DNA of 64,000 bases from Candidatus Aenigmatarchaeota archaeon (GTDB lineage Archaea; Aenigmatarchaeota; Aenigmatarchaeia; CG10238-14; SCSR01), in assembly GCA_016177025.1 (NCBI GenBank), contig JACOWB010000008.1:14076-78075 (forward strand), written 5' to 3'. The notes under the pieces were generated by a model. The model saw nothing but the letters and a program-made list of their open reading frames with translations, ran no database searches and was not told the DNA's origin. The translations under genes and the position numbers were made by a program. Shown piece by piece: positions 9,233 to 18,348 of the stretch (the stretch's first letter is position 1; every line of letters begins with the position of its first letter).

Positions 9233-10039
9233 TTGAGAAAACAAAAAAGGTCAGATAACAGATTATTCTGGAATATGTTTTTCGGACTTGTGGTAGTTCT
9301 GATAGTTCTGTACGGAGTGAACATTTTTATAACTGGCAATATAATCGGTCCTTTAAAAGATTCTGCTGAAAAGGAAAGACCGGCGAACTTGCATCTGGCT
9401 TTAATCACGAATGATTGTGACAACTGTTACGACATGAACAATGCTGCATCATTCATAAAAAGACAGACTACTGTGAAAGTAATTACGGAAAAAAATCTTA
9501 CATATGCCGATAAAGCGGCGCAAGAACTTGTATCTGCGAACAACATCAAAACGCTACCGGCTTTGGTGATTACAGGCGAGACTCTTCAAGATAATGTAAT
9601 GCCATTGTGGAATAGCATGGGTGCAGAATTTGTGGGCAATGTTGTCATTGTAAACGGCATACCACCTTATTACAGTTTAGACGCACAAAAAATCGTGGGA
9701 CTTGTACAAGTAACCAAATTGACAGATAACTCCTGTGCAGAATGCTACGATGTTGAAAACCATATGGCGATATTGCCGAGATTTGGCATCTACATAGACA
9801 AGTCAATACCTTATGATGTGTCCTCAGCCAACGGCAAGACTTTGGTACAGAAGTACAACATAACTAAAGTCCCTACGATAGTCCTTTCATCGGACGCTTC
9901 TGCATACACTTCGCTAAATAATGTATGGGGAGATGTGGGTACTGTTGAAAGCGACGGGCAGTATGTTTTCAGAGCTGTAGAACAGATGGGAACCTATAAA
10001 GATCTTGCTCGGAATAATGTAATCAATGCGACCAGATAA
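9233..10039 (+). CDS. membrane-anchored protein with two thioredoxin-like CxxC repeats
   Basis: N-terminal TM, then two ~110-aa repeats, each with a CxxC (NDCDNCYD and NSCAECYD) followed by a cis-Pro-like VPT/LPAL pattern typical of the Trx fold. Confidence 0.5.
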   Translation: MRKQKRSDNRLFWNMFFGLVVVLIVLYGVNIFITGNIIGPLKDSAEKERPANLHLALITNDCDNCYDMNNAASFIKRQTTVKVITEKNLTYADKAAQELVSANNIKTLPALVITGETLQDNVMPLWNSMGAEFVGNVVIVNGIPPYYSLDAQKIVGLVQVTKLTDNSCAECYDVENHMAILPRFGIYIDKSIPYDVSSANGKTLVQKYNITKVPTIVLSSDASAYTSLNNVWGDVGTVESDGQYVFRAVEQMGTYKDLARNNVINATR

Positions 10040-10041
10040 AA

Positions 10042-10551
10042 ATGAAAAAGTCAAAAAAAAATCAAAATCTAATTTTAGTTTTTATTATAGTCATTGCTAC
10101 TATCGGTTTGGGACTAGGTTTGTATTCTTTGCTTGCTGTTTCGAAAACTACCGGTTATGTCAGTTTACCTAATAAGCCGATACATTGGCATCCTCACCTT
10201 GAAATAATTATAAAGGGTGAAAAAGTTGTCATACCTACCAACATAGGAATTGGTACAAGTTATTCGGGTAGCCCATTCTACGATTCGATGATGGACATGA
10301 CTAACATGCATACTCATGATGACAGCGGCACATTACACTGGGAAGTTATGATGCATGCACCAACACGTGAAGACATGTACCTCGGTAATTTCTTCCAAGT
10401 CTGGGGAAAGACTTTTAATGAGAATTGCATTTTTGAATTTTGCAACGGTCCTGAAGGAAGTATGAAAGTGTCTGTAAATGGAAAAGAAAATAATGATTTT
10501 GAGAGTTATATTATCAGAGATGGAGATGAAATAGTAATAGAATTTAAGTGA
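10042..10551 (+). CDS. membrane-anchored extracytoplasmic His-rich domain protein (paralog family A)
   Basis: N-terminal TM; IHWHPHLEI...HTHDDSGTLHWE...LGNFFQVWG...C...C...SVNG; homologous to 6895-7566 and 14344-15015. Confidence 0.55.
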   Translation: MKKSKKNQNLILVFIIVIATIGLGLGLYSLLAVSKTTGYVSLPNKPIHWHPHLEIIIKGEKVVIPTNIGIGTSYSGSPFYDSMMDMTNMHTHDDSGTLHWEVMMHAPTREDMYLGNFFQVWGKTFNENCIFEFCNGPEGSMKVSVNGKENNDFESYIIRDGDEIVIEFK

Positions 10552-10556
10552 AGATA

Positions 10557-10694
10557 ATGGTAATAGACCCTGTTTGCAAGATGGAAATCCCCGAAGGAAA
10601 CATCAAAGCCCAAAATAAAGGAAAGACATACTATTTCTGCAGCAGCAACTGCCAAGCTGAATTCATGATATATCCGAATAAGTTTGTAAAATAA
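10557..10694 (+). CDS. YHS/TRASH-domain small metallochaperone (CopM-like), 45 aa; not in ORF track
   Basis: MVIDPVCKMEI...KTYYFCSSNCQAEF is a YHS/TRASH Cys pattern. It is closely similar to the N-terminal domain of the CopA immediately downstream, in the CopM-CopA arrangement known from Sulfolobus. Confidence 0.6.
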   Translation: MVIDPVCKMEIPEGNIKAQNKGKTYYFCSSNCQAEFMIYPNKFVK

Positions 10695-10703
10695 TATAAT
10701 TAT

Positions 10704-12776
10704 ATGACTGTAGATCCTGTCTGCGGAATGTATGTCGATGAAAAGAAAGCTATCTTCAAGAAGGATATCGACAGTAAGACTATTTATTTCTGTAGTGAAA
10801 ATTGCCTGAAAACTTATGAGTCCCGTGAAAAGGAATTCAAAAAATTAAGATTACTTGTTATCCTAAGCGGATTGATAGCTGTTCCTGTGGTTGCTTTGTC
10901 ATTCTTTTACAAACTCCCGTACAATAATTGGATTCTGCTTTTGCTCGCTACGCCAGTGCAGTTTGTTGCGGGCTGGAGGTTTTACAAAGGCATGTGGGAC
11001 GGGCTGAAAGCTAGAAGCGCGAATATGGACACGCTAATCGCAACCGGAACTTCTGCCGCATGGTTTTATAGTGTGTCGGTGGTTTTCTTCCCAGCAATCT
11101 TTACAGGAGAAACTTATTTTGACGCTTCTGTAATCATCATCGCACTTGTATTATTCGGAAAGCTTTTGGAAGAAATTGCCAAAGGGAAGGCATCCGAATC
11201 CATCAAAAAATTGATGGGATTGCAACCGAAAACTGCACGGATAATTAAAAACGGAAAGGAGGTTGAGATTCCTATCGAAAATGTTCAAATTAATGACATA
11301 ATTGTTGTCAGACCAGGAGAAAAGTTCCCTGTTGATGGCATTGTCGTTGAAGGGGAGTCCTCTGTTGATGAAAGCATGATTACTGGTGAATCGATGCCGG
11401 TGACAAAAAGGAAAGGTGATGAAGTCATTGGTGCGACTATAAATAAATCCGGATTGCTGAGATTCAAAGCCACTAAGGTCGGCAAGGATACTGTCCTGCA
11501 GCAGATAATTAAAGTTGTTCAGGAAGCGCAAACTGGCAAAGCACCTATACAGAGACTGGCTGACAAAGTTGCGTCTATCTTCACCCCGAGTGTTATCGCT
11601 GTTGCCATCTTATCGGGAATATTATGGTTCTTTCTGGGGCAGAATTTCATTTTTGCATTGACGATATTCATTACGGTTCTGATAATAGCATGCCCGTGTG
11701 CATTGGGAATAGCCACGCCAACCGCAATTCTGGTAGGTACAGGATTGGGAGCTCAGAATGGAATTTTAATCAAGGGTGGCGAAGCATTGGAAATCGCCAA
11801 GAAAATAAACACAATAATTTTTGACAAGACTGGAACACTGACGAAAGGCGAACCTTCTGTTACTGATGTTGTAAGACTAGGAAATGTGAAAGAGAACGAA
11901 GTTTTGAGATTGGCTGCCATTGCCGAAGTAGGCTCTGAACATCCTATCGGGGAAGCTATCGTTAAGAAAGCCATGGAAAGTAATCTGACACTGCCGAATG
12001 TAAAATCTTACCAGACTGTTTCTGGTAAAGGAATTAAAGTCACATATCTGAATAAAAGGATTCTGGTGGGCAACAGGACTTTCATGAAAGAGAATGGAAT
12101 TGTTATCACAGAGCTTGAAGGTGAGATACAAAAACTGGAAGATGAGGGGAAAACGACTGTGATTGTTGCTTATGGTGATAAAGTTATCGGATTGATTGGA
12201 GTTGCAGATACTCTTAAAGAGTTTTCGAAGGATGCTGTTCAACAGCTGAAGAAAATGGGGATTGGTGTCTGGATGATTACAGGGGATAATGAGAGAACTG
12301 CAAATTCTATTGCAAGTGACGTTGGCATTGATTATGTTATGGCGGGCGTCTTGCCTGAGGATAAAGCGAAGAAGGTGAAAGAACTGCAGGATAAAGGAAT
12401 GATAGTCTCCGCTGTTGGTGACGGAATTAATGATGCTCCCATGCTGGCACAGGCTGATTTGGGAATTGCGATAGGTTCTGGAACAGATGTTGCACTTGAG
12501 ACAGGTAAGATAGTTCTGATTAAGAATGATTTGAGAGATGTTGTTACTTCGATTGACTTGAGCAAGTATACTGTCAACAAGATAAAACAGAATCTTTTTT
12601 GGGCATTCTTTTACAATACTGTCGGGATACCGTTAGCTGCAGGAATATTATATCCATTCTTCGGATTGTTGCTTTCGCCGATAATTGCTGGTGCAGCCAT
12701 GGCATTTAGCTCATTTTCTGTAGTTGGAAATTCACTTTTAATGAGAATGTACAGACCAAGAATACAAACGAAATAA
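10704..12776 (+). CDS. copA: copper-translocating P1B-type ATPase with N-terminal YHS/TRASH metal-binding domain
   Basis: DPVCGMYVD...YFCSENC N-domain, TGES, CPC ([11 protein letters not shown]), [15 protein letters not shown] motifs; 8 TM topology. Confidence 0.9.
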   Translation: MTVDPVCGMYVDEKKAIFKKDIDSKTIYFCSENCLKTYESREKEFKKLRLLVILSGLIAVPVVALSFFYKLPYNNWILLLLATPVQFVAGWRFYKGMWDGLKARSANMDTLIATGTSAAWFYSVSVVFFPAIFTGETYFDASVIIIALVLFGKLLEEIAKGKASESIKKLMGLQPKTARIIKNGKEVEIPIENVQINDIIVVRPGEKFPVDGIVVEGESSVDESMITGESMPVTKRKGDEVIGATINKSGLLRFKATKVGKDTVLQQIIKVVQEAQTGKAPIQRLADKVASIFTPSVIAVAILSGILWFFLGQNFIFALTIFITVLIIACPCALGIATPTAILVGTGLGAQNGILIKGGEALEIAKKINTIIFDKTGTLTKGEPSVTDVVRLGNVKENEVLRLAAIAEVGSEHPIGEAIVKKAMESNLTLPNVKSYQTVSGKGIKVTYLNKRILVGNRTFMKENGIVITELEGEIQKLEDEGKTTVIVAYGDKVIGLIGVADTLKEFSKDAVQQLKKMGIGVWMITGDNERTANSIASDVGIDYVMAGVLPEDKAKKVKELQDKGMIVSAVGDGINDAPMLAQADLGIAIGSGTDVALETGKIVLIKNDLRDVVTSIDLSKYTVNKIKQNLFWAFFYNTVGIPLAAGILYPFFGLLLSPIIAGAAMAFSSFSVVGNSLLMRMYRPRIQTK

Positions 12777-12799
12777 CATTTAAAAGCAATAGTGATTGT

Positions 12800-13306
12800 A
12801 TGAAAACTCTATGGATAGCACTAGCAAGCATCCTTGCTTTAGTCACTTCTGCATATGCCCATATGGAAACATCTTCTGTCGAAGACATGATGGGTTCTAT
12901 GATGGCTGAGCAAAATGCTAGCGAGTTGGGACAATTAGATTGTAGCAAAATACCTGACAGTGAATTCGAAGAACTTGGCGACGCTACGATGGAAAGAATG
13001 GTAGGTGGTAGTGAATTACACGAGCAGATGGATACTATGATGGGTGGGGAAGGTTCTGCGAGTTTGACGCAAATGCATATTATAATGGGAAAGAACTGGT
13101 TGAGTTGCACGAGTCTCCAAGGCATGATGGGAAGCAATATGATGCCTATGATGATGAGAATGATGGGAAATTACTATCCATCTTATTACACAGGTTATAA
13201 TGCAGCTTTAATTTTTGCTATACTTGGTTGGGGATTGGCTGCTGTATTGATTGTGATTTTGGTTTTAATTCTCACGGGCAACATTAAAATTAAAAAAAGA
13301 AAATAA
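12800..13306 (+). CDS. secreted Met-rich protein with C-terminal membrane anchor; putative Cu(I)-binding
   Basis: Signal peptide ...SAYA/HM; multiple MMGSMM / MxxM / MMPMMMRMMG Mets motifs; C-terminal TM plus KKRK; adjacent to copA. Confidence 0.5.
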   Translation: MKTLWIALASILALVTSAYAHMETSSVEDMMGSMMAEQNASELGQLDCSKIPDSEFEELGDATMERMVGGSELHEQMDTMMGGEGSASLTQMHIIMGKNWLSCTSLQGMMGSNMMPMMMRMMGNYYPSYYTGYNAALIFAILGWGLAAVLIVILVLILTGNIKIKKRK

Positions 13307-13357
13307 CGGAAGGTAGGATATTAACTATCTTAATTCCGCTAGTTCACTTGAAAAACT

Positions 13358-13636
13358 CTAAGAAATATCACGATAAGTATCGTACATGAAAGTGCATTCT
13401 TTATTATGTTTCGCCAACAGCTTTTTCACACGATTAAAAATCGCATCAGATTTTATCTCCTTTCTACCCTTCGCCAACAGTTGTATATTCTCCATGATGT
13501 CTCTGGAAATTTTCTTTGCTATTTTTTCTTCCATCTCAGCACTTAAGCAGGCATTATAAACAGACTTGTACAGCTTCGCTCCACTGAATTTCTCCTTTTT
13601 ATTACTTCTTTTTACGACGTACATAACTTCACCCAA
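13358..13636 (-). CDS. stand-alone ATP-cone domain protein
   Basis: YVVKRSNKKEKFSGAKLYKSVYNAC...IAKKI matches the ATP-cone (VIKRDG..E.F...KI..AI) pattern; 92 aa. Confidence 0.45.
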   Translation of the reverse strand: MGEVMYVVKRSNKKEKFSGAKLYKSVYNACLSAEMEEKIAKKISRDIMENIQLLAKGRKEIKSDAIFNRVKKLLAKHNKECTFMYDTYRDIS

Positions 13637-14351
13637 AGTTTATCGTACCGTTCGCTATTAATATTAATAGCCAACTCAAACCGATTAAAAGCAATCCTGT
13701 AAACAATCGCATGTGTGCACGATATTTTTGTTTCCATATTTTTATGCTAGTTATTCTTGCACCAATTAAAAATATAATCAGAATTACAATTAAAGGTAAA
13801 ACAAAAATCAAATTATACAAAACTAATAAACTGAATGCGGTAAAGTCGAAATGTTGTGATAGAAGTAGAATGATGGCAAGATAAGGTCCGCCAGTGCATG
13901 GTAACTCGATAGCAGCTACGAAAGCACCGAGGAATAGTAAACTTGGAAATGTTATTTTTGTTGAATACTCGCTTATTTTCTTCGCCATACTAGGTGCGAT
14001 ACTTAAACTGAATCCTTTTCCATACCATAAGAAATCTTTTATTTCCACTAGTCCGGCTAATGTCAATACCGATGCAACAGCAACGCTAATATATGCGGCT
14101 ACGACAAGTGGAATTTGGCTAAGAAATGTCATCAGTCCCAAACCCGCTAAAAGATAAGTTGTAAAAACAGCGCCAATATAAGCCAGACCAAATATAAACA
14201 TCTTCCTCTTTGTCTGACGCATTATTAAAAATGTCGACAAAAGTAGAAGCAACACCCCGATAGCACAAGGATTGATAGAATCTACTAATGCAGTCGCCAT
14301 TACAATACCCAATGCAGGCAACCCGGCCTCTACAACCATATTATCACTCAA
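13629..14351 (-). CDS. ccdA: CcdA/DsbD-family transmembrane thiol-disulfide electron transporter
   Basis: Two conserved Cys in TM helices 1 and 4 (SINPCAIGVL and ELPCTGGPYL); ~6 TM; 240 aa. Confidence 0.7.
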   Translation of the reverse strand: MSDNMVVEAGLPALGIVMATALVDSINPCAIGVLLLLLSTFLIMRQTKRKMFIFGLAYIGAVFTTYLLAGLGLMTFLSQIPLVVAAYISVAVASVLTLAGLVEIKDFLWYGKGFSLSIAPSMAKKISEYSTKITFPSLLFLGAFVAAIELPCTGGPYLAIILLLSQHFDFTAFSLLVLYNLIFVLPLIVILIIFLIGARITSIKIWKQKYRAHMRLFTGLLLIGLSWLLILIANGTINFG

Positions 14352-15015
14352 AAACTATTTTTATGAAATCACCTGGTGGAACCTGTGAATAAGGTGAGAT
14401 GATGTAATCACGATAATTTCCCGTGTAAAGTTTATCATTTACAGACATTTCCACGCTTCCTTTCTTCCCATCAGGACAATAATCACCGTTTCCAACGTTT
14501 AGAATTTTCTCATTTGAGAAAGGAACATCGATTGCATCGAAAAAGTTACCGAGAGTGGCATCTTCTCTTTCTTTCATGACACCCTCCAAATGAATTCTAT
14601 AATCACCGTGATGATGAATTTCTTCTGTTCCAATTCTGTTTGCCAACCCTGTCGGTTCAGGTAAAACAACTTTTTGACCACATATCCAAATTTCAAAATC
14701 AGCATGCCAGTGTACCAATCCCTTACTCCAAGATGTTAATGACATGTACACAGTATTTCCAACAAGATACCCGGTAGATACAACAGCTGACACAACTATT
14801 ATCCCAAAAATAATTCTTTTTTGACTCTCCTTCAAACTATCTTTATAAGTTAACAACATTGTTGTTGATGCGAGTATAACAACAACTGTTAGAGCTAGTA
14901 CAGTTGTTGAACTAAATTGGTGAGTTAGACTTTCTGAAGCAGTTTCGTGTAGTTCTCCTGTATGAGCAAACGTAGCAGGCATCAGAAAGATAAACAATAC
15001 CAAGCTGGCAAGTCT
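14344..15015 (-). CDS. secreted/membrane-anchored His-rich domain protein (paralog family A); likely start at MRLASLVLF
   Basis: Signal peptide MRLASLVLFIFLMPATFAH; HWHADFEI...HHHGDYRIH...LGNFFDA...C...SVN...IKIVFE, homologous to 10042-10551. The track ORF extends to 15120 but overlaps the upstream small gene. Confidence 0.55.
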   Translation of the reverse strand, partial: RLASLVLFIFLMPATFAHTGELHETASESLTHQFSSTTVLALTVVVILASTTMLLTYKDSLKESQKRIIFGIIVVSAVVSTGYLVGNTVYMSLTSWSKGLVHWHADFEIWICGQKVVLPEPTGLANRIGTEEIHHHGDYRIHLEGVMKEREDATLGNFFDAIDVPFSNEKILNVGNGDYCPDGKKGSVEMSVNDKLYTGNYRDYIISPYSQVPPGDFIKIVFE

Positions 15016-15022
15016 CATGAAA

Positions 15023-15208
15023 TCAACAAACCTCACATATGTTAGCTTTCTTTTTCTTTCCCTTATGTTTTTCGTAATGTTGAACGCATTTTCCGCAACA
15101 AAATAATCGTTTATGAACATGGACTTTCTTTCTTAGATGAAGAGTCTTGCCACATTCATAACATTTCTCCAAGTTTGTTGCTTTCCACGAGAGAATTTTT
15201 TTAATCAT
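15023..15208 (-). CDS. small TRASH-like zinc-ribbon protein (Cys4/His-rich, Lys-rich tail)
   Basis: CYECGKTLHLRKKVHVHKRLFCCGKC has C-x2-C-x17-C-x3-C spacing, like TRASH/YHS metal-binding modules; 61 aa. Confidence 0.45.
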   Translation of the reverse strand: MIKKILSWKATNLEKCYECGKTLHLRKKVHVHKRLFCCGKCVQHYEKHKGKKKKANICEVC

Positions 15209-15218
15209 TTAATATTTA

Positions 15219-15548
15219 TTGGGTTTAATAGTAAATAAATTTGAAAATAGAAGAATTAACATGGCATTGGATAAAAGAACTGTCTTGAAAGAACTTGAGA
15301 AGGTGATGGATCCCGAATTAGGTGTGCCAATAACGGAAATGGAACTAGTGGACAAGATAGAAATAAAAGACGGGGAAGTTACTGTGGACTTTCACTTGAC
15401 AGCCCCCTATTGTCCTCCTATGCTTGCGATGAAGATGGCTTATGACATAAAGGAAATTGTCTCTCATATTCCTGAAGTGAAGTCTGTAAAGCTGAACATG
15501 AGCGGACATTATCTTTCTGCCGAGTTGAATAAGGAAGTTAATAAATAA
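15219..15548 (+). CDS. DUF59/MIP18-family Fe-S cluster assembly protein (SufT-like)
   Basis: VLKELEKVMDPELGVPITEMELV...VDFHLTAPYCP matches DUF59; the real start may be the internal MALDK at 15261. Confidence 0.65.
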   Translation: MGLIVNKFENRRINMALDKRTVLKELEKVMDPELGVPITEMELVDKIEIKDGEVTVDFHLTAPYCPPMLAMKMAYDIKEIVSHIPEVKSVKLNMSGHYLSAELNKEVNK

Positions 15549-15890
15549 TTTAAATAAGTTGTGTTGCATTAGATTGTTATGCCGAAAGGTACGATATATT
15601 TTTACGCAGATGGGAGAAACAGGTCGGGATTGTATGGGTATAATGTCCTAGGAACCATAGGAACCATCATAGCGTCTGATAGCGGATTAACTGGAAATGA
15701 ACTTTTAAGTGGCGAAAAGGTACGATAGTAATAATTATTCATGTAACTTCACAGGTATTCCCCACGGCTTACAGGAAGATCTCAAGAGACGGCTAAGGCG
15801 CTAATTAAACTATTTCTCTTCTCCTGTAGCAAACATTTCATACAAGTTAATTAAATAGTTGTCTGGCTATATTTTTTAAAGGTTTATTTA

Positions 15891-16466
15891 ATGGATTTAA
15901 GACAGATCGCAGTTGCAGCCGCAGTAGCCATCCTGTCAGCCGTGTTTGTCATTCTCCTGATTGATCTTTTGTATGAGGAACCGCAGTGGAATGATTACTG
16001 CAAAAATGACTACGGACCACGTGCCAAGCCTGTTCCTGCAGGCGTCGAACTCAAATGTGATTATGAATACGGCGAGGAAGAGCAGAAATGCATGGAAGAC
16101 GGGGGATTAATAAGAACCAAGTTGAATGAATCTGGATGCCCTGTATTTGATTATTGCGATCCTTGTAGCAAAGATTATGACGCGACTAGAAAGATATACA
16201 CTAGAAATGTTTTCATTATTGCTGGAGTGATTGGTGTAATTGCTATATTCGCCGGTACTTTATGGAAGATTGAATTCCTTGCAAGCGGATTGATGTTCGG
16301 CGGGTTGATTTTATTGTTCTATGCAACCGTCAGGTTTTTCGGAGATGCGGACAAGCTGTTGAGGGTAATAATTATTTTCGTCGAGCTTCTACTTGTCCTG
16401 TGGATAGGATATAAAAAGCTGTACAAAAGTGAAGGTAAGAAAGAAAAACGAAAGAAAAAATCTTAA
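15891..16466 (+). CDS. membrane protein with Cys-rich ectodomain, unknown function
   Basis: N-terminal TM, ~90-aa segment with 7 Cys (CKNDYG...CDYEYG...CMEDGG...CPVFDYCDPC), then 2-3 TM helices and a Lys-rich tail. Confidence 0.45.
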   Translation: MDLRQIAVAAAVAILSAVFVILLIDLLYEEPQWNDYCKNDYGPRAKPVPAGVELKCDYEYGEEEQKCMEDGGLIRTKLNESGCPVFDYCDPCSKDYDATRKIYTRNVFIIAGVIGVIAIFAGTLWKIEFLASGLMFGGLILLFYATVRFFGDADKLLRVIIIFVELLLVLWIGYKKLYKSEGKKEKRKKKS

Positions 16467-16822
16467 GATTTCCTTGCTAGCTGGTAGACAGCCTTGACTG
16501 CCACGATTACTGCAGCGGGTGCCACGAACGTTGAGATGTTAACCAAGATAGCACCTAAATAGTCGCCTACTCCCGGCAATATTCCATAGCCAGCTGAACC
16601 TGCTACAAGCAGAGCTACAGCTGCCAACAGGAATCCGTGCGACTCTTTTGAAGTAACGTTAACCAATCCTACAATAATTCCAAGAACTACGAGGACTGCC
16701 GTTACTGTCGTGGCTGCTAGTGCCTGTGGGAACAACCCAAGGACTATAGCTAGCAAAAGTCCGACTAGAAAAGCCCATTCTCCAACTCTGGGAGCTGAAG
16801 CGGCTTTACGTCTTGTTGCCAT
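16463..16822 (-). CDS. small Ala/Gly/Val-rich polytopic membrane protein
   Basis: 119 aa, 3-4 hydrophobic helices; coding statistics distinct from the antisense frame. Confidence 0.4.
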   Translation of the reverse strand: MATRRKAASAPRVGEWAFLVGLLLAIVLGLFPQALAATTVTAVLVVLGIIVGLVNVTSKESHGFLLAAVALLVAGSAGYGILPGVGDYLGAILVNISTFVAPAAVIVAVKAVYQLARKS

Positions 16823-16861
16823 ATAATATTATTTAAAGAACCTGTCTTTTAAAGGTATCTT

Positions 16862-17230
16862 TTGATTGGAGATAATATCTTTATAAATATGCGTTATCTT
16901 ATTTTAAATATGCCTACGTATAGTAAAAACGTTGGTGTAGCAAATCATGCCGTCACACGATATAGACAACGTGTGAATGATGGTAAAAAAGGTCTCACCC
17001 ACAAACAAATAGAGAGAAAAATTAAAGATGCCCTCAGCGATGTTAACCCATCCAGTTTACCTGAACTAAATGGTGGAGGTTATGCGGCTCCAGTTAGATT
17101 TAATACAAATAGGGGACATACTAGAAACTACTATTGTATCCTAAAACCTAGCTACAATAAAGATGAATGGTCTGTGGTGAGTTTGCTGACTGAAGATATG
17201 CTAGATGGCGATATACGAAATCTTATTTGA
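16862..17230 (+). CDS. hypothetical protein (weak resemblance to DUF4258/RelE-like fold: ANHAVTRYRQR)
   Basis: ORF only; start uncertain (several in-frame Met). Confidence 0.3.
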   Translation: MIGDNIFINMRYLILNMPTYSKNVGVANHAVTRYRQRVNDGKKGLTHKQIERKIKDALSDVNPSSLPELNGGGYAAPVRFNTNRGHTRNYYCILKPSYNKDEWSVVSLLTEDMLDGDIRNLI

Positions 17231-17495
17231 AAATATGGAACTCGTCGAATTCTTTTATAGGTTCCTCTTCTCTTACTTCAACCTTATCGACAATAGCCAA
17301 CAGAGGACCTTTCTTGCATTTTTCTACGAGTTCTGATATAGAATTCTCCTCTCCTTCGAAGAGAGCCTCTACAGTGCCGTCAAAATTGTTCTTCACCCAG
17401 CCTGTAATCCCCAGTTTATCTGCATTTTTCCTGACGAAATTCCTGAATCCCACATGCTGGACAATACCATGTATCCTGGCGTTTATTCTTTTCAT
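17223..17495 (-). CDS. acyP: acylphosphatase
   Basis: IHGIVQHVGFRNFV matches acylphosphatase signature 1 (VxGxVQGVxFR); 90 aa. Confidence 0.8.
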   Translation of the reverse strand: MKRINARIHGIVQHVGFRNFVRKNADKLGITGWVKNNFDGTVEALFEGEENSISELVEKCKKGPLLAIVDKVEVREEEPIKEFDEFHIFK

Positions 17496-17514
17496 ACTCC
17501 CACAGTTAATTGGT

Positions 17515-18348
17515 TTATTTTGACGGTAATTGCAAAAAATAACCCAAAATTATAAGAATGATACCAGCAACTGTCAAATAGCTTTCCTTTCTGAAATTAC
17601 TTCGTACCATTTCATTTAGATATTCATCTTTTAAAAACATGTGATCTGCGCCTTCAATGATTTTTAAATCCTTAGGTTCATTCGCATTCTCAAATAAAGC
17701 TTGTGCATTCTTTACTGGAACTATGTCATCATTGTCACCTTGGATTATTCTGACGGGTCGTTTAACATTCTTTATTATCTTGGTACCGTCGTATTCTTGA
17801 AGGTCTTCTATGAAAGAGTGATGTAATTTTATGTGCCCTCTTTTGTAGCTTTGATAATCTAGCGAACCTTCTTGTAGCCACTTCGTGATTGTATTTTCAT
17901 CAAACAAGTTCTGCCATTCTCTTTTAGCTGGTGCTGATATAGGGACTATTGCTTTAATTCTTTTGTCAGTTGTCGATGCAACTACAGCAGTAAGCCCACC
18001 AAGTGAATGGCCGGTTAATCCGATTTTATTTCTATCAACAAATTTCAAATCTTCTACAAAGTTCATAGCAGATATCGTATCGTTGACTTGATGGCTCAAC
18101 ATCATATCTTCGCATTTCCCTTCACTCTCACCGATGCAGTCAGAAAAATCAAATCTTAGAGCAACAAATCCATTTTCTACAAATGTCTTACCCAATTCAT
18201 GTAAAGGTTTGAACTCTTTGAATCCTGTGAACCCGTGACAAATCACAACCGCGGGTAGTTTACCGTCTGTATCAGGCTTATCTAAAATACCAGCAAGATT
18301 CAACCCTCTACTATTTTGAAAGGATACTTTTTCACTTGTCATCGGCAT
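17515..18348 (-). CDS. alpha/beta-fold hydrolase (dienelactone hydrolase/esterase-like)
   Basis: Nucleophile elbow GHSLGG; catalytic Asp/His candidates downstream (DNDDIV, GADHMF). Confidence 0.7.
   Translation of the reverse strand: MPMTSEKVSFQNSRGLNLAGILDKPDTDGKLPAVVICHGFTGFKEFKPLHELGKTFVENGFVALRFDFSDCIGESEGKCEDMMLSHQVNDTISAMNFVEDLKFVDRNKIGLTGHSLGGLTAVVASTTDKRIKAIVPISAPAKREWQNLFDENTITKWLQEGSLDYQSYKRGHIKLHHSFIEDLQEYDGTKIIKNVKRPVRIIQGDNDDIVPVKNAQALFENANEPKDLKIIEGADHMFLKDEYLNEMVRSNFRKESYLTVAGIILIILGYFLQLPSK

Noticed and set aside
11151-12580. Several 65-126-aa ORFs antisense to copA (11151-11531, 11285-11485, 11519-11716, 11753-11974, 11877-12242, 12332-12580)
   Set aside because: They lie entirely inside a strongly supported P-type ATPase gene on the opposite strand. 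They have low-complexity or atypical composition and no motifs, so they are treated as spurious.
15580-15729. 49-codon ORF MPKGTIYFYADGRNRSG... in the 15549-15890 gap
   Set aside because: It has no motif, and its start and stop coincide with the 13-nt direct repeat. It is more likely non-coding, so only the interval is flagged.
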